Shown here: positions 37,298 through 45,958 of the stretch, one piece after another
Layout: every line of letters starts with the position of its first letter
Position numbering within the stretch: position 1 is the stretch's first letter
Source: Paracoccaceae bacterium
GTDB lineage: Bacteria; Pseudomonadota; Alphaproteobacteria; Rhodobacterales; Rhodobacteraceae
Direction: 5' to 3'
Assembly: GCA_030066175.1 (NCBI GenBank)
Contig: JASJCC010000001.1
Location: 1 to 63,648 of the forward strand
Length of the DNA stretch: 63,648 nt
The notes under the pieces: generated by a model
Seen by the model: only the letters and a program-made list of their open reading frames with translations
Told to the model about the DNA's origin: nothing
The model's database searches: none
Program-made: the position numbers and the translations under genes

Positions 37298-37861
37298 ATG
37301 ATCCGTATGTTCCTGTTTGCCGCCGGATTTGTCGCCATCACGCTGGTGTTGGTGATCTATCAGCCTGGGTCATCGCGCCCGTCCCGCGATGTACCCGAGC
37401 CGGTGACCCGCGCCGAACCGGCGCCTTTGGCCCCCACCGCTCCGGCGCAGATCGCCGCCCCCGCGACGCAAGCTTTGGCCCAGCCCGCCCCGGCGCCGCG
37501 CATGGCTGCGCCAACCGCCTCCGGCACGATGGATGACCAGGCGCTGCGCAAGATGACGTGGGACACGCTGTCGAACCTCAACACCGCCACGGGCCGTGAA
37601 AGCGCGCCGGGCCAGCCGGGCAGCCTTTTGCACACCATCGTGCGCCGGTCGCTCGAAGACGGCAACGCCGCGCCCGCCCCTCAGCCGCCGGTCGTGCCGG
37701 ATACCTATGTCGTACAGGCGGGCGACAGCCTGATCTCAATTGCCGAGAAGGTTTACGGCGACGTCAACATGACCGGGCCGCTTTTTGCGGCCAATCAGGC
37801 CTTCCTCACCCGGCCCGATGACCTGCGCCCGGGCCAGCGCCTGGTTCTGCCCGCGCCCTAA
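37298..37861 (+). CDS. LysM domain protein (N-terminal TM anchor, Pro/Ala-rich linker, C-terminal LysM)
   Basis: 187 aa. The LysM domain is YVVQAGDSLISIAEKVYGD...LRPGQRLVLP. Confidence 0.85.
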   Translation: MIRMFLFAAGFVAITLVLVIYQPGSSRPSRDVPEPVTRAEPAPLAPTAPAQIAAPATQALAQPAPAPRMAAPTASGTMDDQALRKMTWDTLSNLNTATGRESAPGQPGSLLHTIVRRSLEDGNAAPAPQPPVVPDTYVVQAGDSLISIAEKVYGDVNMTGPLFAANQAFLTRPDDLRPGQRLVLPAP

Positions 37862-38072
37862 TCCACCCATAGTGGTCAAGAAAAGCCCTAATCATACAGG
37901 TTGAAGGCACAACCATATGTTGACGTATAGCGCGGCTATCGACTATGCATGAGGCGTCGGACGGTGCTGTCTGCCACTGTTGGTGCCGGGACGACGATGG
38001 GGGACAGGTCATGGCACGTCATCATGTCGGACTGGCAATACGCGGTGCCGCAGGCGCCTGCCGGGGGTGCCG

Positions 38073-38669
38073 ATGATCCGGCTGGCCCTGATGTCCGTCG
38101 CATTTGTCGTGGTGACCGCTGGTTTGTTGTGGATGTCGGGTGACCGGCCGCAAGCCATCATTGTCGAGGATCAGGTCACCCGCGCGGCCCCTGCGCCGCT
38201 TGATCTGACACCCGCTTTGCCGCAGCCCGCAGCCGTGCCAGCCCCCGCGCCGCAGCCCGTCACGCCCACACCTGCGCCGACCCAAACGGCGTCGGTCCCG
38301 TCCGTCCGCCCCCCCGCCGGCCGAAATGACAACGACGACGTGATGGAAGCCTTGCGCACCATGAGCTATGGCATCGTCAGCGAATTCAACAAGCCCGACA
38401 CCCCCGCGGCGCCGACCCCTCAGGCGGCAACCACCCCCGACCCCGCCGCGATGCAGGCCGCGCTCAGCCAGCGTCTGAAAGACGCTACACCAACCCCGGC
38501 CCCTACCCGCACCTACACCGTGCAAGAGGGCGACAGCCTGCCGGGGATCGCGTTCAAATTCTACGGCAGCACGGTCAGCTACCTGTCGATCCTGCAGGCC
38601 AACCCAGACCAGATGTCCGACCCCGGTGATATCCGGGCGGGCATGGTTCTGATCATCCCGGAGTTATGA
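38073..38669 (+). CDS. LysM domain protein, tandem paralog with the same architecture
   Basis: ORF 37980..38669, with the likely start MIRLALMSVAFVVVTAGLLW. The LysM domain is YTVQEGDSLPGIAFKFYGS...IRAGMVLIIP. Confidence 0.85.
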   Translation: MIRLALMSVAFVVVTAGLLWMSGDRPQAIIVEDQVTRAAPAPLDLTPALPQPAAVPAPAPQPVTPTPAPTQTASVPSVRPPAGRNDNDDVMEALRTMSYGIVSEFNKPDTPAAPTPQAATTPDPAAMQAALSQRLKDATPTPAPTRTYTVQEGDSLPGIAFKFYGSTVSYLSILQANPDQMSDPGDIRAGMVLIIPEL

Positions 38670-38702
38670 CATTCAGGCAGAAGACCCGAAGTGAGCAGTC
38701 TT

Positions 38703-38729
38703 GAGGGTCCTTCGGGACCCTCCTTTTTT
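38703..38729. terminator. Rho-independent terminator hairpin between convergent genes
   Basis: GAGGGTCC-TTCG-GGACCCTC followed by CTTTTTTG. It lies 34 nt after the LysM gene stop and 6 nt before the zapE stop. Confidence 0.8.
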
Positions 38730-38734
38730 GCCTG

Positions 38735-39790
38735 TTAAACAGCCCAATCCGCCGCTTGCATTTCGCGTAACCTGCTGGCCGTGCGTTCAAATTCGAAACT
38801 GCCGGTGCCTTCGACATAGAGCATTTCGGGCACAGCCGCGGCCGAGGCGATCACCTTGACCCGCGCCTCGTAGAGCGCGTCGATCAGGGTGACAAAGCGC
38901 TTGGCCTCGTTGAAATTCTGCCGGCTGAGCTGCGGGATATCCTCGATCACCAGCACGCGCACGGCCTCGGCCAGGGCGAGGTAATCCGCCGGCCCCAGCG
39001 CCCGCCCGCAAAGATCAAAGAACGACGCCCGCGCCACCCCGTTGTGATAGCGCGGCAAGGTCACTTCGCGGCCTTTCACGCGCAGGGTCAGAGTGTCTTC
39101 GTTGTCATGCGTGAGCTCTGACCACAGCGCATCGATCTGCCCTCGCGCCTCGCGGCCATAAGGCGTGAAATAGACCTGCGCGCCGGCCAGCCGATCCTGC
39201 CGGTGATCGCGGTCCGACACCAGCTCTTTGACCACCATCCGCTCTTTCAGCAAAGCGATAAATGGCAGGAACAGCTGCCGGTTCAACCCGTCTTTATAGA
39301 GGTCATCCGGCACCCGGTTCGACGTGGTCACCACGACGCAGCCGGCATCGAACAGCTGCTGGAACAGCCGCCCGACAATCATCGCGTCAGTGATGTCGGT
39401 GATCTGCATTTCGTCGAACGCCAGCAGGCGCACCGCGTCGCTGACCGCCTTGGCCACCGGCTTGATCGGATCCTCGACGCCATCGCTGCGCAAGCGATGA
39501 ATCTCGGCCTGGATCTCTTGCATGAAGGCGTGGAAATGCACCCGCCGGGCGGTCACGCCCAGCGTATCAACAAAGAGATCCATCAACATGGATTTGCCGC
39601 GCCCGACCCCACCCCAAAGGTAAAGCCCCTTGGGCGGTTCCGGCGCCTTGCGAAAGAGCCCCTTTTTCACCGGCTGCGCGAGTGCGGCACGGATGCGCTC
39701 CAGCTCGGGCAGGGCCGCGATCTGGGCGTCATCGGGGATCAGCTTTCCTTCGGCCACGCGGGCCTCATAGGTGTCGGCAACGCTTTGCAT
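38735..39790 (-). CDS. zapE: Cell division protein ZapE (AFG1-like ATPase)
   Basis: This is the 3' part of ORF 38735..40174, with the start MQSVADTYEARV (ATG 39790). Walker A is LWGGVGRGKSMLMD and Walker B is LLAFDEMQITD. Confidence 0.9.
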   Translation of the reverse strand: MQSVADTYEARVAEGKLIPDDAQIAALPELERIRAALAQPVKKGLFRKAPEPPKGLYLWGGVGRGKSMLMDLFVDTLGVTARRVHFHAFMQEIQAEIHRLRSDGVEDPIKPVAKAVSDAVRLLAFDEMQITDITDAMIVGRLFQQLFDAGCVVVTTSNRVPDDLYKDGLNRQLFLPFIALLKERMVVKELVSDRDHRQDRLAGAQVYFTPYGREARGQIDALWSELTHDNEDTLTLRVKGREVTLPRYHNGVARASFFDLCGRALGPADYLALAEAVRVLVIEDIPQLSRQNFNEAKRFVTLIDALYEARVKVIASAAAVPEMLYVEGTGSFEFERTASRLREMQAADWAV

Positions 39791-39941
39791 ACTTCCGCAT
39801 ACCGTGCTGCGCGGCGCTTGTGTAGGGGGCGTTTTGGCCCGCCCGCGCGTCACATCAAATTTCCTGATGTGAACCGTCAATTCTTTGCAATTGACCGCCT
39901 CACCATTCCCGGCAATATCCGCCAACGCCAAGGAGGCACCC

Positions 39942-41186
39942 ATGACCACCCGAACCCCGCTCTTCACCCCCGTCCTGATCGTGGGCTGCGTGATCATGCT
40001 GATCTCCTTTGCCATCCGGGCAAGCTTTGGCGTCTTCCAGATCCCGATTGCCGAAGAGTTCGGCTGGCTGCGCGCCGAGTTCAGCCTTGCCATCGCGATC
40101 CAGAACCTTGCCTGGGGCATCGGCCAGCCGATCTTTGGCGCCATCGCCGAAAAGATCGGCGACAAGCGCGCCATCGTGCTGGGCGCTTTGACCTATGCAG
40201 CCGGCCTCGTGCTGTCGAGCTTTGCCGTCACCCCCACCGCCCACCAGTTCTACGAAATCCTTGTGGGCTTCGGCATTGCGGGTACCGGGTTCGGCGTCAT
40301 CCTCGCCGTTGTCGGCCGCGCCTCGAGTGACGAGAACCGCTCGATGAGCCTCGCCATCGCCACCGCGGCGGGCAGTGCCGGCCAGGTCTTTGGCGCGCCG
40401 GTGGCCGAGTTCCTGCTGACCCAGATGCCGTGGCAATCGGTCTTCCTGGTCTTTGCCGCGACCATTCTGCTGGTGCTGCTGACACTGCCGCTGATGCGGG
40501 TGCCTTCGCCGCCCGCGACAAAGACCGAGCTTGAGGAAAGCCTGGGCCAGATCCTGCTGCGTGCCGGGCGCGACCCGTCTTTTGCGCTGATCTTCATCGG
40601 GTTTTTCAGCTGCGGTTACCAGCTCGCCTTTGTCACCGCGCATTTCCCGGCCTTCGTGACCGAGATGTGCGGCCCGATCCTGCCCGGTGGCGTGCTGCAC
40701 AGCGTCGGGATCACCACGACCTCGGCGCTGGGCGCGGTGTCAATCTCGCTCATCGGTCTGGCCAATATCGCCGGCACGCTGGCCGCCGGCTGGGCCGGGC
40801 GGCGCTGGTCCAAGAAATACCTGCTGGCGGGCATCTATACCGGGCGGACCATCGTGGCGGCGCTCTTTATCCTGCTGCCGATCACGCCTTTGTCGGTGAT
40901 CCTGTTCTCGGTCGCCATGGGCGCGTTGTGGCTCGCCACGGTGCCACTGACCTCGGGCCTGATCGCGCATATCTACGGGCTGCGCTACATGGGCACGCTT
41001 TATGGGATCGTGTTCTTCAGCCACCAGCTGGGCAGCTTCCTCGGCGTTTGGCTGGGCGGGCGCATGTATGACATGACGGGCGACTACACCATGGTCTGGT
41101 GGATCGGTGTCGGTGTCGGCGCGCTCAGCGCCATCGTTCACCTGCCCGTTCGTGAACGGCCCGCAACGGCGGTAGCAGCGGCCTAG
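39942..41186 (+). CDS. MFS transporter
   Basis: ORF 39885..41186. The start MTTRTPLF is preceded by AAGGAGG. About 12 hydrophobic segments are present. Confidence 0.85.
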   Translation: MTTRTPLFTPVLIVGCVIMLISFAIRASFGVFQIPIAEEFGWLRAEFSLAIAIQNLAWGIGQPIFGAIAEKIGDKRAIVLGALTYAAGLVLSSFAVTPTAHQFYEILVGFGIAGTGFGVILAVVGRASSDENRSMSLAIATAAGSAGQVFGAPVAEFLLTQMPWQSVFLVFAATILLVLLTLPLMRVPSPPATKTELEESLGQILLRAGRDPSFALIFIGFFSCGYQLAFVTAHFPAFVTEMCGPILPGGVLHSVGITTTSALGAVSISLIGLANIAGTLAAGWAGRRWSKKYLLAGIYTGRTIVAALFILLPITPLSVILFSVAMGALWLATVPLTSGLIAHIYGLRYMGTLYGIVFFSHQLGSFLGVWLGGRMYDMTGDYTMVWWIGVGVGALSAIVHLPVRERPATAVAAA

Positions 41187-42106
41187 TCGTTGCGCGCCAG
41201 CGCCGGTTGCAGCAACGCCACCAGAGCGTCGGTATGGCTATAGACCAGCGCGTGCCCGGCCCCTTCGATCACCTCGTGTCTGGCTTGGCGGTTCCATTCG
41301 GTCAACCGGCCCATGGCGCGGATCGGGATGACGGTATCGGCGTCGCCCCAGATCGCCAGCACCGGCAGGCCTTGCTGTGCGATCTTGCGATGCGCGTCCT
41401 CCAACGGATGCCTAAGCGCCCCGCGCAAAGACGACAGGACCGAGGGCACAAAGCCGCGCCGGTCCAGCTCGGCCAGTTGCACGTCGGCAATGTCCGGCAC
41501 GGTGGTCGGCAACCCGCGTTCGGCCTCGACATAGCCGCGGTGCTGCCCGGGCCAGACCATGTGAAACAGCCAGTCGCCGATGAATGGCCAATCCAACACC
41601 CGTTTCGCCAGCGATCCCAGATCGTGGCCCATCCCACCGGGCGCGATCAGGATCAGGTGGCGCAGGCGATGATCCTCCTCCGCGGTAAAGGTCGAGGCAA
41701 CGATGCCGCCCATCGAATAACCCATCAACGTGACATCCTCCTGCAGCCCTTCATGGGTCAGCAGCTCGCTGAGTTGCCGGGCAAAGAAACCCGGGGTCTG
41801 CGGCCCCCGCGGCACATCCGAATAGCCGCGCCCGTAAAGGTCATAGGTCAGCACGCGATAGCCTTTCTCGACCAACCGCTGCCGCAGCCCGTCCCACACC
41901 GGCGAGGGCGTCGTCAGCCCGTGCACGCAGACAATGACCGGTCCGCTCTCTGGCCCGAACCAGCGATAATGCGTGCGCCCGCCGGACAGCCCGGCAAACC
42001 GTCCCGGCGCGTCCCTTTGCAGATCGACCACCTTGCGCCGCTGCCATTCCCGCAGCCCTGGCAGCAGCGCCACGACCAGCAGGAGAAGGAGCAGCACAAA
42101 CTCCAT
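41183..42106 (-). CDS. Alpha/beta hydrolase
   Basis: 307 aa with an N-terminal TM segment. It has HGLTT (oxyanion region) and the nucleophile elbow GYSMGG. Confidence 0.8.
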   Translation of the reverse strand: MEFVLLLLLLVVALLPGLREWQRRKVVDLQRDAPGRFAGLSGGRTHYRWFGPESGPVIVCVHGLTTPSPVWDGLRQRLVEKGYRVLTYDLYGRGYSDVPRGPQTPGFFARQLSELLTHEGLQEDVTLMGYSMGGIVASTFTAEEDHRLRHLILIAPGGMGHDLGSLAKRVLDWPFIGDWLFHMVWPGQHRGYVEAERGLPTTVPDIADVQLAELDRRGFVPSVLSSLRGALRHPLEDAHRKIAQQGLPVLAIWGDADTVIPIRAMGRLTEWNRQARHEVIEGAGHALVYSHTDALVALLQPALARND

Positions 42107-42109
42107 CGA

Positions 42110-43015
42110 TCAACCCTGCCAGCGGTCGAGGATATAGCGGCTGGTCATCAGATCCAGATGCGCCCCGCCGCCGTTTTTGAAGAGCGTGATTTCCTCCGCG
42201 TCCTGCCGCGTGAACGCTGCCATGTCGTAGTAATCGGCTACAATGTCCTCGGGTGTGATGACACCCGCCTCCAACGGGATCTTCAACTCACCGATATGGT
42301 GCAGCGTGGTGTCCCGGCTGTCGACAAAGATCCGCGCGCGGCGCAAGGCGGTGTCGTCAGCCTCCCGCATGTCGGGCTTGAAGGCGCCAATGAGGTCCAG
42401 ATGCGTGCCCGGACGCAGCCATTCACCTTGGATAAACGGCGCGCCCGACATGGTGGCCGAACTGACGATATCCGCCGCCCCCACGGCGCTTGCCAGATCG
42501 TCGGTCCAGCCGATGCCCATCTCGTCGGCCATCGCTTGGGCGGAGGCAGTGGTGCGGTTCCAGACAGTAAAGCGCGCGTCGGGGAACAAGGCGCCATAGG
42601 CCTGCACCAAAGACCGCCCCACCGTCCCCGCGCCCACAATCAGGATATCGCGGCTGTCCGGGCGCGCCAGCTTGCGCGCCGCCAGCAGGCTGTCTCCGGC
42701 GGTCTTCCACTTGGTCACAAGGTGGAAGTCCAGCACCGCCGCCAGATCACCACTGGCATCGTCAAAGAGGTTCACCGCGCCGTGGATCATCGGCACGCCG
42801 CGCGCCGGGTTGCCCGGAAACACCGTCGCCGCCTTGACCAAGAGCCCCAGCCCGTCGATCCAGGCCGTCCGGTTCAGCAGCGTGTCGTCACCGCGATAGA
42901 GGAACGTGTCCTCGATCTCTGCCTTGGGCAGGCGGTGCCCGACCTCCAGCGCGTCGGTCAGGCCCAGCCAATCCAGCCGCGCCTCACCTTCCGCGAACGG
43001 GATGAAGGTGGTCAT
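42110..43015 (-). CDS. Ornithine cyclodeaminase / mu-crystallin family protein
   Basis: 301 aa. The Rossmann motif is ILIVGAGTVGRS, and the overall family pattern is present. Confidence 0.75.
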   Translation of the reverse strand: MTTFIPFAEGEARLDWLGLTDALEVGHRLPKAEIEDTFLYRGDDTLLNRTAWIDGLGLLVKAATVFPGNPARGVPMIHGAVNLFDDASGDLAAVLDFHLVTKWKTAGDSLLAARKLARPDSRDILIVGAGTVGRSLVQAYGALFPDARFTVWNRTTASAQAMADEMGIGWTDDLASAVGAADIVSSATMSGAPFIQGEWLRPGTHLDLIGAFKPDMREADDTALRRARIFVDSRDTTLHHIGELKIPLEAGVITPEDIVADYYDMAAFTRQDAEEITLFKNGGGAHLDLMTSRYILDRWQG

Positions 43016-43632
43016 CTCGCCTCCTCCTCTGTCAGCAATCCATGGCGGACCAGGCAGTCCGCCCAGCCTTGTGAACCGTCAAACAGATGCCCCTGCCAGC
43101 CGCGCGCCGTGGCCGCAGCGATATTCTCGGCCCGGTCATCGGTGAAGAGCAAGCCATCCGGCGGCACGCCACTATCCGCTTCGACCATCTCATAGATCCG
43201 CGCCTCGGGCTTGATGACGCCCATATGCCCCGAGATGTAACGCCGGTCGAATTCGCGCAGGAACGGGTAGGCGGGCTCGGCCACCGCAAAGGTCCCGATG
43301 CCGAAATTCGTCAGGGCAAAGACCGGCACACCTTTGTCGCGCAAAGCGCGCAAAAGCCGAACGGAATGCGGGATCTCCGGCGTTGCCAGCTCCAGCCAAT
43401 TGTCATGCCACATGCCGATCTCGGCGCGCCAATGCGGGTACTTTTCCGCCCACGCCTGCACGGTTTCAAAGAAATCCCCACCCCGGTCGATCACGTCGTT
43501 CATACCGTGCAGGTCGACCTCGGCAAACATCGCGCGGCGCTGCTCGGGGCCGATCACCCGGTCATAGAACCGCTCGGGCACCCATTCGATCAGCACATTG
43601 CCGATGTCAAAGACCACCGCCTGCACGCTCAT
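43012..43632 (-). CDS. HAD-IA family hydrolase
   Basis: 206 aa. The motif I sequence [10 protein letters not shown] (DxG variant) is followed by downstream HAD motifs. There are 4-nt overlaps on both sides. Confidence 0.7.
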   Translation of the reverse strand: MSVQAVVFDIGNVLIEWVPERFYDRVIGPEQRRAMFAEVDLHGMNDVIDRGGDFFETVQAWAEKYPHWRAEIGMWHDNWLELATPEIPHSVRLLRALRDKGVPVFALTNFGIGTFAVAEPAYPFLREFDRRYISGHMGVIKPEARIYEMVEADSGVPPDGLLFTDDRAENIAAATARGWQGHLFDGSQGWADCLVRHGLLTEEEAR

Positions 43633-44096
43633 GCCGCGCCCTCACGCAGGGCGGCGCGCATCTCACGCTCCAGAGCGTCGAGAAACCGCGCCCGGTCGGC
43701 TTTCGAAAACGCCCGCCCGCCGCCTTGGCGAAACGGGTCCGCCGCGCGCAGATCGGCCATCAGATCACGCGTCGCCAGCTGCGCGCCGATATTGGCTTGA
43801 GTCAGCGCCTCGCCATTATGGCGCAGCACCCGCGCGCCGTTTTCCACGCAGCGCGCCGCCAGCGGCATGTCCGAGGTGACCACCACGTCGCCGCGCCCGG
43901 CCCGGTCGGCAATCCACATATCGGCCACGTCCGGACCTTCGGGCACAATCACCACCTCGACCAGCGGGTTGCGCGACAACCGCAGCCCGCCATTGGCGAC
44001 CAGCTTCATAGGCACCCTGTGGCGGGTGGCGACGCGCTCGGCCTCGTCTTTGACCGGGCAGGCATCGGCGTCGACGTAAAGGGTCGTCACGCCCAC
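43629..44096 (-). CDS. YaiI/YqxD (DUF188, UPF0178) family protein
   Basis: 155 aa. [11 protein letters not shown]... and [10 protein letters not shown] are typical of the family. Confidence 0.75.
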   Translation of the reverse strand: MGVTTLYVDADACPVKDEAERVATRHRVPMKLVANGGLRLSRNPLVEVVIVPEGPDVADMWIADRAGRGDVVVTSDMPLAARCVENGARVLRHNGEALTQANIGAQLATRDLMADLRAADPFRQGGGRAFSKADRARFLDALEREMRAALREGAA

Positions 44097-44917
44097 AGCG
44101 CCTCGGCGTGAAAGGCGACGTGATCCTCCATGAAACTGGCGACAAAGAAATACGAATGGTCATAGCCGCGCTGCATGCGGAACGTGCCCTCTTGCCGCCG
44201 CTCCATCATCGCCTGGGCCAGCGCCTCGGGTTTCAACAGGTCGAGGAACTGGTCCTCACTGCCCTGATCCACCAGCACCGGCCCGTTGAACCCCGTCTCG
44301 CGCATCATCAGCGTGCTGTCATGCGGCGCCCAGGTGCTCTGATCCGCGCCCAGATAAGCGCCCAGCTGCTTGCGCCCCCAGTCGCTGGTGCTGGGATGCG
44401 CGATGGGGGAAAAGGCCGATACCGACCGGAACCGCCCGGGCAGGTTCATCGCCAAAGTCAAGGCGCCATGTCCCCCCATGGAATGACCGGTGATCCCTTG
44501 GCGGTCGGGGTCGATATGGCCGGCATCAGCCAGCAAGTCGGGCAGTTCAGTAGACACGTAATCCCACATCCGGAAATGCGGCGCCCAGGGTGCTTGCGTG
44601 GCGTTGACGTAGAACCCCGCCCCCTGGCCCAAATCATAAGCCTCGTCATCCGCCACATCGTCCCCACGCGGCGAGGTGTCGGGAAAGACCAAAGAGATGC
44701 CATGCTCAGCCGCCCAGGCCTGGGCCCCCGCCTTGATCATCGCGTTTTCATGGGTGCAGGTCAGGCCCGACAGGTACCACAGCACCGGCACCGGGCCGTC
44801 CTGCGCCTCTTCCGGCCGGAATAGTCCAAAGGTCATGTCGCAGCCACAGGCCGCCGAGGCGTGCCGATACACGCCTTGAACCCCGCCAAAACACCGGTTT
44901 TCCGAAACGATTTCCAT
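44087..44917 (-). CDS. fghA: S-formylglutathione hydrolase (esterase D)
   Basis: This is the 3' part of ORF 44087..45379, with the start [12 protein letters not shown] (ATG 44917) preceded by GGAGGG. It has [11 protein letters not shown], the nucleophile [10 protein letters not shown], and the C-terminal GYDHSYFF. Confidence 0.92.
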   Translation of the reverse strand: MEIVSENRCFGGVQGVYRHASAACGCDMTFGLFRPEEAQDGPVPVLWYLSGLTCTHENAMIKAGAQAWAAEHGISLVFPDTSPRGDDVADDEAYDLGQGAGFYVNATQAPWAPHFRMWDYVSTELPDLLADAGHIDPDRQGITGHSMGGHGALTLAMNLPGRFRSVSAFSPIAHPSTSDWGRKQLGAYLGADQSTWAPHDSTLMMRETGFNGPVLVDQGSEDQFLDLLKPEALAQAMMERRQEGTFRMQRGYDHSYFFVASFMEDHVAFHAEALWA

Positions 44918-44961
44918 GCCGCCCTCCTGCCGTGGCCTTTCGGCCCGGTCAGCAGGGCCGC

Positions 44962-45579
44962 TTATGTGCCGTACCGTGCCATGAAGGTGTCGACAGCGCC
45001 ATCCACAATCCGGGTGATCTCGGCATCGGAAAAGCTGTCTTTCAGGCCAAAGATCAGCTTGGGCCAGAGGTCGGCCTTGCAAAGCTCGGCAAACTGGTCG
45101 GCGGCGAGGTCCATATCGTCGATCTGCACTTCGCCGCGCAGCATCGCGGCTTGCAAATAGGTCACCAGCGCCTGCCGCATCCGCATCGGGCCGCTTTGAT
45201 AGAATTGCCGCCCCAGATCGGGAAAGCGATCGGCCTCGGCCACACAAATGCGAAAGATGCGCTGGCCCATGTCGGAAAAGATAAAGCCCAGAAAGGTGCG
45301 CGCGACCTCTTTCAGCACCACGCGGGGTGGCTGGGTCAGGTCCATCGTCATCAGCGCGCCGTCCGCCTGGCGCTGACACTGCACCGAGGCCACCTCCATA
45401 AAGAGCAGGCGTTTGTCCGGGAAGTAGCTGTAAAGCGTGGCTTTTGAGACGCCGGCCGCCCGGGCGATGTCATCGACGCTGGCGCCTTCGAACCCGTCGC
45501 GCAAAAACACCTCGCGCGCGCCATCCAGCACCTGATCGAACTTACGCCCCTTGCGGACAGTGGTTGCCTCTGCCGTCAT
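44962..45579 (-). CDS. TetR/AcrR family transcriptional regulator
   Basis: 205 aa. The N-terminal HTH is FEGASVDDIARAAGVSKATLYSYF. Confidence 0.88.
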   Translation of the reverse strand: MTAEATTVRKGRKFDQVLDGAREVFLRDGFEGASVDDIARAAGVSKATLYSYFPDKRLLFMEVASVQCQRQADGALMTMDLTQPPRVVLKEVARTFLGFIFSDMGQRIFRICVAEADRFPDLGRQFYQSGPMRMRQALVTYLQAAMLRGEVQIDDMDLAADQFAELCKADLWPKLIFGLKDSFSDAEITRIVDGAVDTFMARYGT

Positions 45580-45610
45580 TCATACGCTCCTCATAACCCC
45601 TCTGTACCTA

Positions 45611-45626
45611 TAAACCAGACAGTTCA
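45611..45626. promoter_or_regulatory. T(G/A)AAC-N6-GTT(C/T)A palindrome, copy 1 (TAAACcagacaGTTCA)
   Basis: It lies 32 nt upstream of the TetR gene's ATG. It shares its motif with three copies at 45824-45893. Confidence 0.45.
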
Positions 45627-45647
45627 GTTTGGGCAAGTTACATCGCC

Positions 45648-45809
45648 TCACTGGCATACGATCTGGCCGGTCGCCGGGGCGCTGCAGCCTTGCGTCGTGG
45701 CGTCGGGCGCCGGGAAGGTCAGGATAGGCAGGCTCATCGGTGCCGAGTTGGCCAAAGCGGCCCCGCCAGCAGACAGCGAGAGGAGGATGGCGAGGGTGAA
45801 GGCTTTCAT
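45648..45809 (-). CDS. Small secreted peptide (53 aa, signal peptide plus a 2-Cys mature part)
   Basis: It is below the ORF-track cut-off and was translated by hand: MKAFTLAILLSLSAGGAALANSAPMSLPILTFPAPDATTQGCSAPATGQIVCQ. AAAGGA lies upstream of the ATG. The coding status has not been verified. Confidence 0.45.
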   Translation of the reverse strand: MKAFTLAILLSLSAGGAALANSAPMSLPILTFPAPDATTQGCSAPATGQIVCQ

Positions 45810-45823
45810 GTCAGGGTCCTTTC

Positions 45824-45893
45824 TGAACTGGTCTGTTCACTTAAGTAAACTACTTGGTTTAGTTGTCAATATAAATCTGAACCACTCGGTTCA
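45824..45893. promoter_or_regulatory. Array of three phased palindromes, candidate TetR-type operators
   Basis: The copies are TGAACtggtctGTTCA (45824-45839), TAAACtacttgGTTTA (45846-45861) and TGAACcactcgGTTCA (45878-45893). Starts are spaced 22 and 32 bp apart. The array lies in the divergent region between the small ORF and mbfA. Confidence 0.5.
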
Positions 45894-45928
45894 CTTTTTG
45901 CACTTGCAGCATGCCATTGCCGCGTTAC

Positions 45929-45945
45929 ATTAGAACCGTTCTAAA
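45929..45945. promoter_or_regulatory. Irr iron control element (ICE box)
   Basis: ATTAGAA-ccg-TTCTAAA matches the consensus TTTAGAA-N3-TTCTAAA at 13 of 14 positions. It lies 14 nt upstream of the mbfA ATG. Confidence 0.7.
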
Positions 45946-45958
45946 AAGAGAGGCGGGC

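Noticed and set aside
41207-43195. Long antisense or alternative-frame ORFs. Examples: 41207..43195 +, 35113..36768 -, 3814..5064 +, 1061..2260 +, 30698..32146 +, 60150..61196 -, 18203..19360 +, 49638..50375 +
   Set aside because: Each overlaps a gene with clear family motifs on the other strand or in another frame. Each has Arg/Pro/Gly/His-rich, low-complexity-like translations. High GC suppresses stop codons in non-coding frames.
45697-45933. A 78-aa + strand ORF across the TetR/mbfA intergenic region
   Set aside because: It overlaps, in antisense, the small signal-peptide ORF and runs through the palindromic operator array and the ICE box. Its second half is encoded by the AT-rich regulatory DNA.
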